Shown: positions 1-13,551 of the stretch, in pieces
Position numbering within the stretch: the stretch's first letter is position 1
Layout of the letters: each line of letters opens with the position of its first letter
Assembly (NCBI RefSeq): GCF_024521635.1
Contig: NW_026250417.1
Span: 620,001 to 684,000 of the forward strand
From: Tricharina praecox
Lineage: Eukaryota
Length of the DNA: 64,000 nt
Reading direction: 5' to 3'
Translations under genes and position numbers: made by a program
Notes under the pieces: generated by a model
Database searches by the model: none
Told to the model about the DNA's origin: nothing
What the model saw: only the letters and a program-made list of their open reading frames with translations

Positions 1-3000
1 GACTTCGCAGTCCAGAGAAAACTGCAGACTCGATTGGACCATATATCATACAGCTTACCACCAAAGATATCCTGTCAACAGTCAACCGCAGTCATCTAGG
101 TAGTCCGGTCCGAAAAACTTGGCGACTTAGACGAGACTAGACTGGCACAGTCCGGACTGGAGTATGGTAACGGAGCACTTGCTACATATGGATCGGGTCC
201 CTGCCTTCAGGTGGGTGATGAGCACCTGGTTACGCTGAACGACCAGCCAATGTTAGTGCAACAATCGGTCGCATTCGGATAACCCGTATTATATTCCGGA
301 ATCGGTCGTTTCGGTCGGAGAACATTCGGTCGAATATCGGTAGCTCATCGGTGGGATTATCGCTTCGTAGTCGAAGAGAATTTAGTCGAACAACTGTTCG
401 GTGGGATTCTCGCTTCACGGCCAAGAGAACAGAAAGACCGTTTGAAATGGAAGTGGTGTGCCAGTATCTATTCGTTTCTTTCTTTCCGGCTGCAGTGGTC
501 CATCTCCAATTCCGCTACATACTATGATGATAACCGATCAATTAAAGACTTTTCCATGCACATCGTCGTCGCATAAATATCCTACCAGTACACCACAGAC
601 ACGAGTGGCCGCACATGACAACGCTTCGACTTCCCTCCTCCATCCGAGGAACGCGGTTCGATCAACCAGCAGATGTATCACCCAACCTCGCAGTCCTCAG
701 ATAGATAGAAGCGAACGCTGCACCACGCTGTCGATCACAGGAGCGTTTCAGCTCGATCTGGAGCTCTCGGGGCAGTCAGCACTCGTATCATACGTTGGCC
801 GCAGGCCCGCAGGTGGTAAGTTATAACCAGGTAGGCAGAATAAGACGGTACTTAAGTCTTAAGCTACCCATCTCACAGCCCATCCCACCGCCCAGCCGAC
901 CGATCTTCCGCGTGTACCCGGACTAGGTAGTCCTGGTGCCGCGAGGCCACTGCCAACCAGACGGGTACGTACATACAGAGTCCAGAGTCCAGACACGGGC
1001 TGGAAGTCTGCGTATTTGCGTGCTTGTGTCTGGAACATTGGTGCGGTGGTATGATCGAGTCCTTCCTTCCTTCCTTCCGCCTGCCTGCCGCGCAAAGGTC
1101 CGTGGTGCGGCGCGCAAGAGTCGTCTCGTCTCGGCGCTGTGCGAGGGTTCCGTAGAGTAAGCGGGACGGACGGACGTCGGACTCTGGACACAACCAACTT
1201 CCAACATGGTGTGATGTCCGAGTTCAATACCGCACCTCGCGATGCTCACGCCTGCGGCCTGCTGACGGCTCTATGTATAAACACAGGCAGGTAGCTGGGT
1301 CATCGCGGCAAACCGACCGAACTGACTGAGGTTCGCAAACGAAAAGGGACGAGACTGTCAGTCCCAAATATCTCGTCAGTGGGCTAGTGGGGCAGTGGCC
1401 GAGATCTCTCGTCGATATTCGATCGAGTACAGCAAACTTCAAAATAGTCGAATACCCACTGCCCAGACTCGACCAAAACCGGCTGCCGGTCCTCGGCGCG
1501 AACAACGAAGTCAGTCAGTATGTAGGAAAAAAGAAAGCTCGATCAACAATCAGTAAGAGCTGCATCGTGCTGCGGGGCGGTATGTAATATATATTGCGAA
1601 GTTCTTGGGATTTCAGGGCTGAAAATTTAAACACATGTAAGAGTACATATGTAAGACGTGGGGTAGCTGCTGGGTGGGTGGGTGACGCAGCTTTTTGCTG
1701 ACGTGAACACTGAAGGGTTCGCGTATGGCTTTGTCATTCGCGTGCGAGAGCTCGACTGCGCGGCGGGGCGGGGTGGGGTTTCGTTTCCCTTCCCGAGGAT
1801 ATTTCGTTTCATGCGGGGAAGGAGGGGGTTGGACTATTCCATGGCATTGGTAATTGGTAATAGCAATCACTCACCATCACCAATGTATGCGAACTTCAAA
1901 ACTTGTTCTTCCGTTTGTGATGAGATGTGATGCAATTCGAAAGGCGGTTGGTAACTTGGTTCCACTCCCTCCAAGTTCCAACGCCCGATTTGTGCCCGTT
2001 CGGGCCCTTCCCTTCTGGAAATCACCTCGCTACTATAATTTCTAAGTAGGTGACTTGCAGCACCTCGAGCTTGGTGTTTCGAAAGATTGACCGACCAGCC
2101 GAGCCCTGGATCCGGCATCAGGCGAAACCCAAATCCGGCCATCCTTTAGGCTGTCTCGTCAACCCGACGATGTCAGATGTCCCAAGGGTTGCCTGCCTGT
2201 CCAACGCGGTATCCGGGGAATTCAAACTCAAAGCCTAAAGGCGAAGCCATTCGGGCCAGCAGAGGAAAGTCATCAACGCCGCACGCGGCGAGTGAGATGC
2301 TGTGCCTACTATACTATAAACTGGTGGAAGGGGAAACCTAGGCACGTGGTAGATACATCATACTAGTAGTAGTGGGTATACCCAAGTAGGTTACCGCATG
2401 CTTCAGCAGAGAGCTCCCAACTTCCGACTCCCGAGCCATGAGCTCCCACTCCCACCCGCCCGGAATCACGTGCAACGGTGAAACAATGAAACCGAACGGA
2501 ACGGGTTACATACAGACCAGAATACTCAGCAAACGATCCCGACTCCCAACTTCGCAACTTCCAACTTCGCAAGCCAACTACGTATCCTACATTGACGTAG
2601 CAGGAGACTCGCTTTTTTTTCTCTGCCGTCAGAGCTTTCTTGCGTCACCGGCAGCCGTCCACAAAATGGCAAAAAAGTGCGATTCGCCGCGGGGTTATCA
2701 CGATACACCGCACACATGGCTGAAAGTGAAAGCCACAGGAACTTTCTCGGAGGAAGGAAGGAGGTATGCATGTGTAGTATGTATGAGGTATGTAGAGTAC
2801 CTGTGATAGGTACGGTAGGTAGAGTACTCTGGATACGTCTCTTCAGCTTGCTTGCCAGCTTTACATACATGATACAGAGTATGCATAACAGAGCTTCAGC
2901 CTTCCTGGTCCTCTGGAGACTGGTTCATCTCCGCGAGGATCTCCGCATAGCAGGCAGATCGCAGCGGTTCCAGCACATCGGCGCATCGGCGACTACTCTA

Positions 3001-6000
3001 CAGACAATCGGACTGATCTCCAGCTTGTCTGCGTGCGTGCATGCGGAGGGACGGACGGACGAGAAAAGCGGTAGGAAAAGTCTCTAGAGAAGCCAGCTCC
3101 TCCGAGTGACAACAAACTCGACTCGGCTCGCAGGAAGCCGTGGTAGCTAAGGTAGGCCCGGACAGGAAATCGATGTGGCAGGGATATGGGGGGGAGCTAA
3201 GACGCTGGCTGGCTGGCTGGCTGGCTGGTCTGGTCGGGTCCTGCATGCCCCAGATCGAGCAGAAAAAAAAATGCGGCTGCACGAAACAGGGAGTGAGGGA
3301 CATCAATCAGAGCGCCGCGCCGCGCAGGGCGACTAAAAATATCCCTTTTGGAATCCTCATTCGGGAAATCAGCGTCATCGATTTTTACTTTACTCTACTC
3401 TAGAGTAGAGTAGAGTCTAGCGGAACTTAAGGGAAAGGGAACAGCCCACGCTTTCCACCCTTCCCCCCCGCGGCTGCTCCTTCGAGCGTTATCATAGAGG
3501 GCTTTGTAATTTATGATTCTTCCATGGAGACGAGAGAGCGAGCGAGAGTTGCGAGAAGTTTTTTCTTTCTTGCTTTCTTTCTTGCTTTCTTTCTTTCTTT
3601 CTGCAGCGAGCGGGATGCGGATCTTGGAGGATGATGGTTCCTTCCTTCCTTCCCCCTGAACTTAGCGTTGTGCTCTCTCCGTTCCTGAGTCAAGTTACTA
3701 TACTTCTTCTATTACCAAGCGACACCAAGCGAGGATGAAGACATCGGTGGCGTTCGTTCGTGTCGCAGATGACGGCTGCCTATTGGCCCAGCACCTTGGG
3801 GGCATCTCGTTGGCTCAGGGCTGTCTTTTTCCACTCTGGCGCGCGCGGTGTGCTGAGGGAGATCCAAAAAAAACAACAGGTTTTCGAAAAGAAAGGGAGA
3901 AATGTGTAGAGTAGCGGCCGAAGAACGAAGCACCGGGGCGGGGGCTATGAGCGGGTAGTCGTAGGTGATCAGGGACTCAGAGCAGCTGACATCAGTCGGT
4001 AGCGGTACATAGGAACTCGTCGGAACGCGTTTCAAACAGCTGTGGAGCGTTTGCAGGCTGGCCATGGCAGTCGTGAGATTTTTAGGGGCCGTGCGATTTT
4101 CCGCCGGCCCTAACTCCGAGCCGAACCCTGAGGACTCTGCAGGTCTAGGGTAGTTTGGAGCGATAAAGCGACGAGGGTGGGCGGTGGGAGACAGCTGCGT
4201 GGCCATGATCGGTATGGCAGAGTACGGGTGATCCTGGCCCAGATGGGTATTTTTTCCGGGGTTCTCGAAAGACGTGCTCCAGGAGCTTGCTTGCCTGGGG
4301 GGGATTGCGGGATTGCTCGTGTCATAGGCCAGACACGCTTCGTCGGCACGGTGTTAGACATATGAAGAGCGAGCGAGCTCGGAAGTCCAGCGTTGTCGTC
4401 GCCTTTGTCGTCGTCTTTCGTCGTTGATGCCGTCCTGGGCTTCAGTTGGCAGTTGGTGGTTGGGGGGGCTTTCTGCAGCTGTCTGAGACTACCGTATGAA
4501 CTGGACTTTTCTCTTAGCGGGGAGAGCTCGAGGGGGGGCGGGGGGGTGTGTCCTAATAAAGAGAATTAGCAAGAGTTCACGAACGGGAAGCATTAGAGCA
4601 AATAGTCTAGATATTTAGATGCCTTTGGCTTGTGCGAATAGCCAAGTGGTTCGCAGCCATTTTTTCCTTCCATTTTTCTTCCTTCTTTTTAAGACGGCCG
4701 CAAGATGAGGAAATGAAGCTGAAAGGGCAAAGAGGAAGAGCCAATCTGCACGAATACCGCCGTGATTGGACACGCGTGTATATGTGATGTATGTACGCAG
4801 AGTACTTGGCTTCAGTCGCTGTCGCTGTCGATGTTGGGCGTCGTTACTGGGGGAGTGTTGAATCCGCACAGAGGTCTGCTGCGCTGCGTGTGTTTGGCCC
4901 GCCGCACAAATGGTGGTGTGGACATAGAATGGATGGGGTAGGTAACAAACTGACGACTGTAGTCGGTCCCTCTCTTCTTCCCCCCATCCTCTTCTCTCCG
5001 TCGCGCATGTATGTAGGAGTCCTCGTCCCATCATTCCACTGTCCACTTTGCTTGCGACCCCACCGGCCATCTGCATCAACACCACCACTCCCATTCACCG
5101 CCCCGACCCCCAGCGCACCTTGCCCTATCATTGCGCATCATTCCGCACGACTAACTACCACGGCCACCACCACCACCACCACCAGTATTCAGCAGTGTCC
5201 AACTCCACCAACACCACCAACTCCAACACCATCTCCAACTCCACCCAGCTCCCGCCGCTCTCCGCCGCCGCCGCACGCTACATACTCCCATACACACCTC
5301 CCGCCCACATCCTGTACCGGTACTTGACTGGTTCGGTGCCTTAGCCTGTCCCTCCGCCAGAAATCTACATACCCTACCCTACCCGTAATCCCATCGTTCC
5401 CGGATCGGACTCCTTGTTTTCCTTTCTTTTCTTTGCCTTTCTTCTTCTGGCCTCTCTTACTTGCCTATTTTTATTTATTCGTGTCTCTTACTCTGCTGAG
5501 TGGTGAGTGCTCATCGTCAGTGCTTGTTCCTATTTCGCGTTTGTGTCCTTCTCCCCCCTGCCGCTCGTTCATTCGCCTCGCTCCCACGTTCGCTCTTGCC
5601 CGCCGCTCGCCGCTCGCTCGCTCCACACGGCTGCTGGTCCGTCCCGACCGCACATCGCTGAAAACGGTCCCCATCTCACCCGCACATCGCCGAAATCAAT
5701 ACCCATCGCACTCGCCATCGCCGCAGCAACCAACATCCGCTCACAGCTCCCTCCCTCCCCCCTCCCCCACCCCGCCGCAGTGTAACAATCCATCTCTCGG
5801 CGGAAAGAAGCCACGGAAGCCACAGAACATCTGAGCCACAGGTTCAAGTCCCCGAGCTCAAGCCTCGCCCAAAACAACAACAACGGCATTGACTTCCAAC
5901 TCGACTCACCTCCAACCAACTACCTTCACCTGCCACCACTACCTCCTCCTCCTCCTCTCCCTCCGTAACATCAATATCATCCCTTCTCCTCAGAATACTT

Positions 6001-6540
6001 ACATCCGAATACCTTGCATCCTCACCCCCCTCCATGCTGTCTATCTAAGCACAATAATACTACGATACAGTATCCTTCTGCCCGCTCTGGTCCGCCGCTC
6101 ATCCAAGGCCCTTTCCTAAAGTCATCCATCCAATAATCATCCAGCACTTTCACCACCACCACCACCACCACCACCATCACACACCCCCCGCCTTCGTGTA
6201 CGCCTCCCGGAAATTAGTACTTCCCACCCACACCCCCTCTCCTTAGAGAAGCTTGCCTACTCTGTCATTTCTTCTCACCACTCCCCCCCTCGTCCAACAC
6301 GTTTAACCGCATCCGAAAGCCGGCTCGCCCGTCGCCGAATCGGTCCTCATCCTCCTAGGCCTGACGCCCCCGTCATCACTAAGCACCTGGATCTTACCTA
6401 CACACAACATCCTCCCCCCCCCTCAAAAAAAAACTACTGTCTACCCCTTGCCGACTTTGGTTTGTTGCACGGCTGCCATAGACGGCCCGTTTTCCTCGAC
6501 CCTTTCTTGTCTCTCCCTTAACACTTCTCCTGAGGTTTAC

Positions 6541-9500
6541 ATGCCTATCAAATTCCCCAAGTTCTCGCGTCGGAAATCCGTTGGGACCTCTCTCGAAGTT
6601 GCATACCAGCCTGCCAACCAAGGAAACGCCCAAGACGAACCCGATTCTGGCTCTAATTTCCGTCTCCTCCAACGCAACAGGTGAGTGCGGAAAGAACGCG
6701 ATGTCCCCCCTCTCCGGCTCCGCATGTGTCTAGGTTTGGTACGTGTGGGTTGTTGTGTTTGCTCTTTGCTGAGTTCCCGGGTGTCTGCGTAGAGGTAGCG
6801 GTCAAACCACCGGCAATTCGACGTTCTCGTATTATGGTGGTTCCTCGAATCGATTGAGTTCGAATTCAACGCTACCTTCGACTGATACTCCACAAACTCC
6901 GGACGATTACCGATCGCAGCAGCAGCACCAGGCCCAAGTTGATCCCCGTCACCAAGCTGGTGTCAAGGCAGACCAGCAGCAGCAGCAGAGTCCCGGCGCA
7001 AAGGCTTCGCCCGGTCACAATCTGAAGCCCCCCTCAAGCGGGAGTACTATGAGCATTCCCAAACTCGAGACTACATTGGATACCTCGTCTCTATTCGGAG
7101 ACGACATGTTCGATTTCGTTGGCTCAAAGAAGGACAAGAAAGGTGAGAGTTCGAGAGGCGGACTTGGATCGATTACACCTACGGCCCCAAAAATAGCTTC
7201 GGACTCCATAACCAATTCGGTACGCAATCACTCGCTCCACCCGAGCTCATACCTCCTCATTTTTTCTTGACCGGATGCTTACGGGTACGCAGAGTGGTAG
7301 CCATTATGGCACGGCTCCGGTCCCTCCGCCAAAGGCCTACGAAGCGGCTCCGGCTACGTCGCGGTTTCCTACAAGCTCGACAACCTCGTATGCAAACGTA
7401 TTCACCAACTCACACATGGACGCCGATCGACCTTCCAACAATGAATCTTCACCGTACCACTGGGACGCGAAACCGCCGGAGGAGCTCTTGAGCCCGCAAG
7501 CTTCGAATTCGCCACGGAATTCGAGAAACCTCACTCCGGGCCAGAAGATAGCGCCTCCGGCACACATGCATACGGACTCGTTGGGGACACCCCCGTTAAG
7601 GCCTCCCCAGAAGCGTAGCACCGGTAGCGACATGGGAAAGAAGTCACCCGTTTACAGGGTCGACGTTGATGCTTCGATCGTCGCCGGTTCGGTTGCTAGG
7701 GGGGTTGGTGCATTCGATCCTCGGCCGCAACCGAGTCATTCGCAGACGGCACCCGTAACGGTCAGGAGGCTGTCCGACAAATCGAAGGATAGTGGCTGGG
7801 AAGAGGCTGTTCCTTCCGCATCCTCCTCGGATCACAGTTTACGATCGTCGGGAAGCTCAAAGGACACAACACTCACCACCCCGATGATGTCGAGGGGTAA
7901 CACCTCTCCATCCTACGGAAATGCCGATTTTGCCTCGAACAATACCACGCCCAGGGCCGGCAAATCGGGTCCAGTAGGTGTGCAACTGACGGACGAACCC
8001 GAGGAAACCGACATGTCGTTCTCGGCAGCAGCTGCATTGGCCGCCAAGTACGAGAACGAGAGCACGGAAAAGACAAACACAAACAGGGTCATGACGCGTG
8101 CGCAGTATGAGTTCCAGCAACAACAGGACGACCAGCGAAGGTTATCCGGTAAGGCGGATGATGAAGACAGCGACGTGTCTGATTATGAAGAGGAGACGGA
8201 CATGGAGAAGAACAAGGAGATTGCACGGCAACGGGCGCGGCAAGAGGCTCATCTATCGGTGTACCGGCAACAAATGATGAAGATCTCGGGATCGGATCCG
8301 TCGGATATACCTTTCATGAATAGGGGATCCATGAGCACTTCGGCGTTGCCGCTGCACGGCGGAATGGACCCCGGCTCGAGCGGGAAGAACTCTGATGAGG
8401 AAGAGGACGATGAGGTGCCATTGGCCATCCTTCTGGCCCACGGCTTCCCCTCCAAGAACCGGCCGCCTACGAGATTGTCGAACGCCAGTTCCCAGCCCAA
8501 TCTAAGGGGCACAGCTCAGAGTCAACAGCAACTGCCAGTATTCGCTAGACATCTTCCACAAGACCCTTACAATGTCGGCGCCAGCTTGGTCAATCCGATG
8601 AACCGGGTACCACTGTCCTTTCACGCTGGCAACGACAACATGTCGAACGCTGGTGGATCCATGTATGGTGGTATGCCTCCATCGCAGGCTCCGGGTCGCG
8701 GTCCAGGGGGTTTGGTGGGCGAAATTGTGCGAGCAGAGGAACAGAAGGCATTCAGAAGGGGCCTGGGCGGAGGCCACCAGTACTCGCAACAACAAACGCA
8801 GCAGCATGAACCGGCCGATCCTTTCAAGGTGAATCCGTTTGACCGGCCAGCTTCTAGGGGCGGAGGTGGATTGTTAGGAAACATGCAACAACATCAAGGT
8901 GGAATGGGTCCCGGCATGATGGGAGGAATGGGAGGTATGGGAGGTATGGGTAGCCCGGGCATGATGGGAGGAATGATGGCCGGCGGCAATATGGGTAGGG
9001 GCATGCAGCAGGACCCCGCGCAAGCTCAGATGGCAGCCATGCAACAGCAATACATGCAAATGCAGATGCAGATGCAGATGCAGTTCATGCAAATGCAGAT
9101 GCAGGGTGGCCAGCAGCAGCCACTTGCTCCTCCTCCGATGATGGGACAGCAACAGCGGCCGGTATCCATGATGAGCATGCACACTCCGATGGGCGGCATG
9201 GGTGGTCTTGGCGTTCCCCAGATGGGTAACCAGCGTGCCATGAGCATCATGGACCCTCATTTCCCTCAGATGCAGCAGGGCACACGTTCGGCATACGCAC
9301 CCTCAATTGCCCAAAGCCAACTCGGTATGCCTCCGGCTCCCGGCGGTGGATTTTACGGTGTCCAACCAGGATATACACCATCCATTGCGCCATCCGAACG
9401 TAGCACCCTCGGACAGCCATCCCGCTATCGACCCGTTACTTATCACCAGGGACCAGCCACTGTGGTCTCCGCACCCATTTCCTCCGGCAGTGGAACCCAG

Positions 9501-9695
9501 GATTGGAACCGAAAGACACCTGGTCCTTCAAACCTCAAGAAATCAACTACTGAATCCGACGAGGATGAAGATGGCGGATGGGAAGAGCTGAACAAGAAGC
9601 GACAGGAGAAGGCTGACGGCTGGAAGAAGCGGAGAGAGACCGGTGGCCTGAAGGGCATACTGAATTTTGGGTCATCATCCAACAACTCCTCCTAA
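6541..9695 (+). CDS. Uncharacterised fungal protein (~989 aa), largely disordered, with central coiled coil and M/Q/G-rich C-terminal region
   Basis: Exons 6541-6680, 6793-7219 and 7293-9695 join in frame through GT..AG introns (gtgagt..gcgtag; gtacgc..cgcag). Start MPIKFPKFSRRKS. Motifs RQRARQEAHLSVYRQQMMK, DDEVPLAILLAHGFP and YTPSIAPSERS look like conserved islands of a filamentous-ascomycete hypothetical family (recalled, not searched). Confidence 0.85.
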
Positions 9696-12600
9696 GCACC
9701 ACTAATGATACCCTCGCCCCGTCACCGCCCCCGGACGGATCCACGGCTGCTTGGCACCCTTGATGTTACCGGTTCTCGCGTTTTGTGTTTTTTGGGGGTT
9801 TTGGATTTTTTTTTTCTTCAATTTTTTTTGACCCGGTGTTTCTTTCTTTTTTTTAGAGGCGCTTTCTAAAATTTGGCGGTTGTTACTCGATAGGGCAGGA
9901 AGGGGGGGGAAGTGGAAGCCTTTGCACAACATCATCGACATCGCATTCGTCGGGCGTAAAGAAGGGAGAATTGTGTGGCTTAATTCGTCTTTGGTTCTCT
10001 CGCTGGGGGGTTCTTGTTTTGTTTTTTCTCCCTTTCTCTTGCATCTGATGTATCTGAGTCTCTGTTCACTTCTCCTATCTTCTCTTTTTCTTTCCTCGCG
10101 AGCGTTATCCTTCGGCGAATCCTCTTTTGGTGAGGGGCATTTTAATTATTGACCAGCATGGCAAATCAATGCTCGTGTGTAGGCTCTTGATCTTGATCGG
10201 ACACTTCTGTAACTGTACGGACTGCGTAGCGGGGGTAATGTGGGGAACGAGCACCGAAGTACTTTCAGAGGAGAGGGGAGGGAGCGAGTTGATGAGGACG
10301 AAGTTGGTTTAATTTGGGTGTTATTTTTCTTCTCCTCTCCTGCCTCCCTCTCCATCTCACTCGCCGAGTACATATTCGGGGCCTAAGTTGCTACGAGACT
10401 TGTTTATATTTCCTTTTTTTTCTTCTTTTCTTTTCTTCTCTTTTTCGTTTTCGTCTTCTCTTGGTCTTTGTGTATTATCTTTCTTGCAGCATTAGTCTTC
10501 TCGCATTCTCTACATCGCTTTTCTTTAGTCGTCTTGGTTGGGTGAGCTGGTGGGGGATGTGGGGGTGGAATTTGGGTGGGGAGGGGGGAAGGGAACGGGG
10601 GGATTTTGTTGTGGTGTACACACCGTTCAGAAAGCATATTGAAAGTACATACTTCTTATACCTTTTTTTGGTTCTTTCGTTTTCTTTTTTCTTTTCTTTG
10701 CTTCATCTGGTTCATTGAATGCATCTGCTTTTTTGTTTCTAGTTTTGTTTTTGTTTTTGTTTTGTTTGCATTGCATTCTACTTACATACCTGTTGGCATC
10801 TTTGGATTCTGGATCTTTGGAACAGTTTGAACTTTGAACTTTGCATAGCGTTTATTTTTATTTTGTTTTCTGTGTTGTGGATGGATCATCGATGGGTGAG
10901 AAGGGGAGGGGGAGGGACGGGAGGGACGGGAGGGAAGGGGAGAGGGAGGTAATCAATGACGTATTTTATACCATTAATGGCCGTGGACGGTGGAACTTGG
11001 GAGAAGTGAAGCGGAATATGGGGAGCGGAATATGGGAAGAGGGCGGGGGGACACTCGTTTGATGTATGGTTTTTTTTGTGGACTGGATAGTGGACGGATA
11101 GTGGAAAGATATTGGAAGGATAGTGGAAAGATAGTGGAAGGATATAAAGGATATAAAGATGAAGTGGTCGGTGGAAAGATTCTGGATTCTGCTGGATACC
11201 TATCATGACTCGTGGGCCATGAGACTGTGGCCGTTGTTCGTGGTCGTTGTTCGTTATCCGTGAATCGTGAATCGTGAATCGTGAATCGTGATATGATATA
11301 TGGGACCAGGGGGCAGACGTAGGAGAACAGTCGCCGAAAACGAAACGGTCTCGGGCCGGACGGCGGTCAGTGACTCAGTCGGCGGTCGGTGCCTCGGTGG
11401 GGGGGGGGGGGGGGTACTCATACTCGGCAGCCATATGATACAGAGAGAAAGAGAGAGAGATCTTCCTGCTTTATTTCGCATGCAGCCTATCTAGACTATG
11501 GCGAACCGTCACACTCCTTTCCTGCCCACTCTGGCCGGCCGGGGGTTAGGATCCCGTTACCAGCCAGCACGATGTGGCGCCAGCTATATGATACAGCCTG
11601 AACCTTGAGCCTTGAGCCCGAAACATCGCGAGTCTGGGTTTGTGTCCGAGTGCTAGGGGAGGGAAGTGAACTCGACCTGAACGGCTGAGGCAAAAGCTCC
11701 GCCGCCGCTCGAACGATATCGCCCGAGATTCCGAGGACACCGAATAGCAACAACCTATTGCAGCAACCCTCCCCCCGCATCCAGGCACAAAACAGAAATG
11801 CTGGCCCACCCACCGTGGAGCAAAAGAAGACAAAGAAACTATGGTATGTACATACCAGTGAGTCCCGTATGGTTCCAACTCTCACTGCAGTACTAACCTG
11901 TCGATACCACGCTTAAAGTTTAAGCCTTAACTAGGGCTGTAGTAACCGGACGGGAAGATGTGTGTTCAATGTTCAATGTTCATGGTTCCATGACCATAGC
12001 TGCCAGTATGTATGATGTATCTTCCGTGGCGGAAATGTAACCGGTCACCGGTGGGTACCGTAGATAGGGTGCTCCGGGCCCGTTGTCGGGCATACGGCGG
12101 ATTAAAACTTCAAAACGCGGAGAACCATGGAATCGGTTGCAACTGACGGTACGGGTACATCCCATCGACATCAACACATACACATTCCCTGAGGTTGGGT
12201 AGGTGCATAGCCTAATCTTGCTGCCGCCGCCGGGAATTTTGGTCGAATAGGTAGTCGGTTCGGGTAGGTAGTCGGTGGGTTCGAAGGCAGACTGAGCGAA
12301 TCATCGTTGGTGATGATGAACTCTCGAAGTCTCGAAGTCTCGGGCACCCGGGGTAGCCTGGATAGCCTGGATAGCCTAGATAGGTGTCGAAGGTGAACGT
12401 GAAGGACGCGATGACATCACGGGTAACGGATCCGAACAATGGGCAAATCTGCCCGATTCCCAAAGTTGCCATGCGAGTCGGGACTCAGTCGACTCGCCGT
12501 AGTTACATTCCAGAGTAACTAGCCGCCAAGTGCACGCCTCCCGCCTCCCGCCCGGGGAACATCCCTCAATCTCCATCTCCTACTCTACGTGCATAACACG

Positions 12601-12697
12601 TGCACGCACCTGACCCCCTGCCTAGAGAGCAGCTACGGTACCTCCCGACCTCGCAAGTCACGGCACATGTCGATCCACTCCACAATCCACTCCACTA

Positions 12698-13069
12698 CCC
12701 TAGGGTATGATACAAGCAATGCGTTGATCACGCTTTTAGGTATTGCACCCGGAATTTTGCAGAATGCGTTGCACATCAGTAATGACAGATACATCATACG
12801 CACCGTGGTAGTTGCGTTGTTGCTAGTAAAGGTTAATGCGTGAATTATGCTCAAAGCTTTACTCGCAGTGGCAGCGGTCTCAGATTTCGGTGCAGTTGGT
12901 GAAGTGAATGCGTCTGTCGGACTCGGTAAGAGGTTGAAACTTGAAGGCTGTCCAAGAGGCCTCCTCTTTCTAAGACTCTCTCTCATCATTTGCAGAATAG
13001 ATGATCAACCTCTATCTCTTCTCTCTCCCCCCCTCGTCATCACTATCGTCTACATGGTAGACAATCAAC
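12698..13069 (+). mobile_element. Truncated terminal fragment related to the CCCTA-ended CMC/CACTA-like element at 19902-21725
   Basis: Begins CCCTAGGGTA(TGATA)CAAGCAATGCG. Collinear with the reverse complement of ~21725-21210: shared blocks TGCACCCG, GCAGAATG, TGACAGATAC, TTGCTAGTAAA, AAACTTGAAGGCT, TGCAGAATA..GATCAACCTC, GTCATCAC. Ends abruptly at the MITE starting at 13070. Confidence 0.8.
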
Positions 13070-13551
13070 CAGTATTCTCCATCGTCCGGTCCGAGCCTGG
13101 GACAGACGATTGCAAAAAAATCCCGTCAGGTCCTCGCCTCGGACGGACGGGTCAATCCCCGTCCTCCTCCGTCGGACGACCGTCCAAGTTACGTGAATAT
13201 GACTCGGCTGATTGCCGATTTCTTAGCACCGACATTTTACGCACCACCTCGTGAGTTCATACCTCATCACTCCACTAGTTAGCTGTAAAACATAGCAGTA
13301 TTCTGATTCTGACGCCTTAGGTGCGGCGCCCGGCCCCTATCACAGCGCTATATGCACCATATCTCACTCGGCCACACAAGGTCCACGCCCGAAATCGGGT
13401 TTTTATGTACCCAAGGCTTGGCGAACGGCCGTCGACGGCCGTCCGCTAAAAGAGCTTTAACCGTCACCCCCTAGGCTCTGACGGACGGGAGGCACGCCGT
13501 CCGTCTTCGTCGGAGGCCCAGGACGGACGGACTGGACGATGGAGAACACTG
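13070..13551. mobile_element. 482-bp MITE with 24-bp TIRs (hAT-like CAGT ends)
   Basis: Left end CAGTATTCTCCATCGTCCGGTCCG; right end reverse complement CAGTGTTCTCCATCGTCCAGTCCG (22/24 match). Many subterminal GACGG/CCGTC motifs and no coding capacity. The 8-bp flanks CAATCAAC/CATTTTAC match only 5/8, so a TSD is not demonstrated. Confidence 0.8.

Noticed and set aside
3712..4365. Overlapping minus-strand ORFs (164 aa and 83 aa)
   Set aside because: No recognisable motif, no convincing codon bias and no consistent splice model.
4791..5834. ORFs with poly-His, poly-Thr and Pro runs
   Set aside because: Products of (CAC)n and C-rich sequence in the probable promoter or 5' UTR of the gene at 6541.
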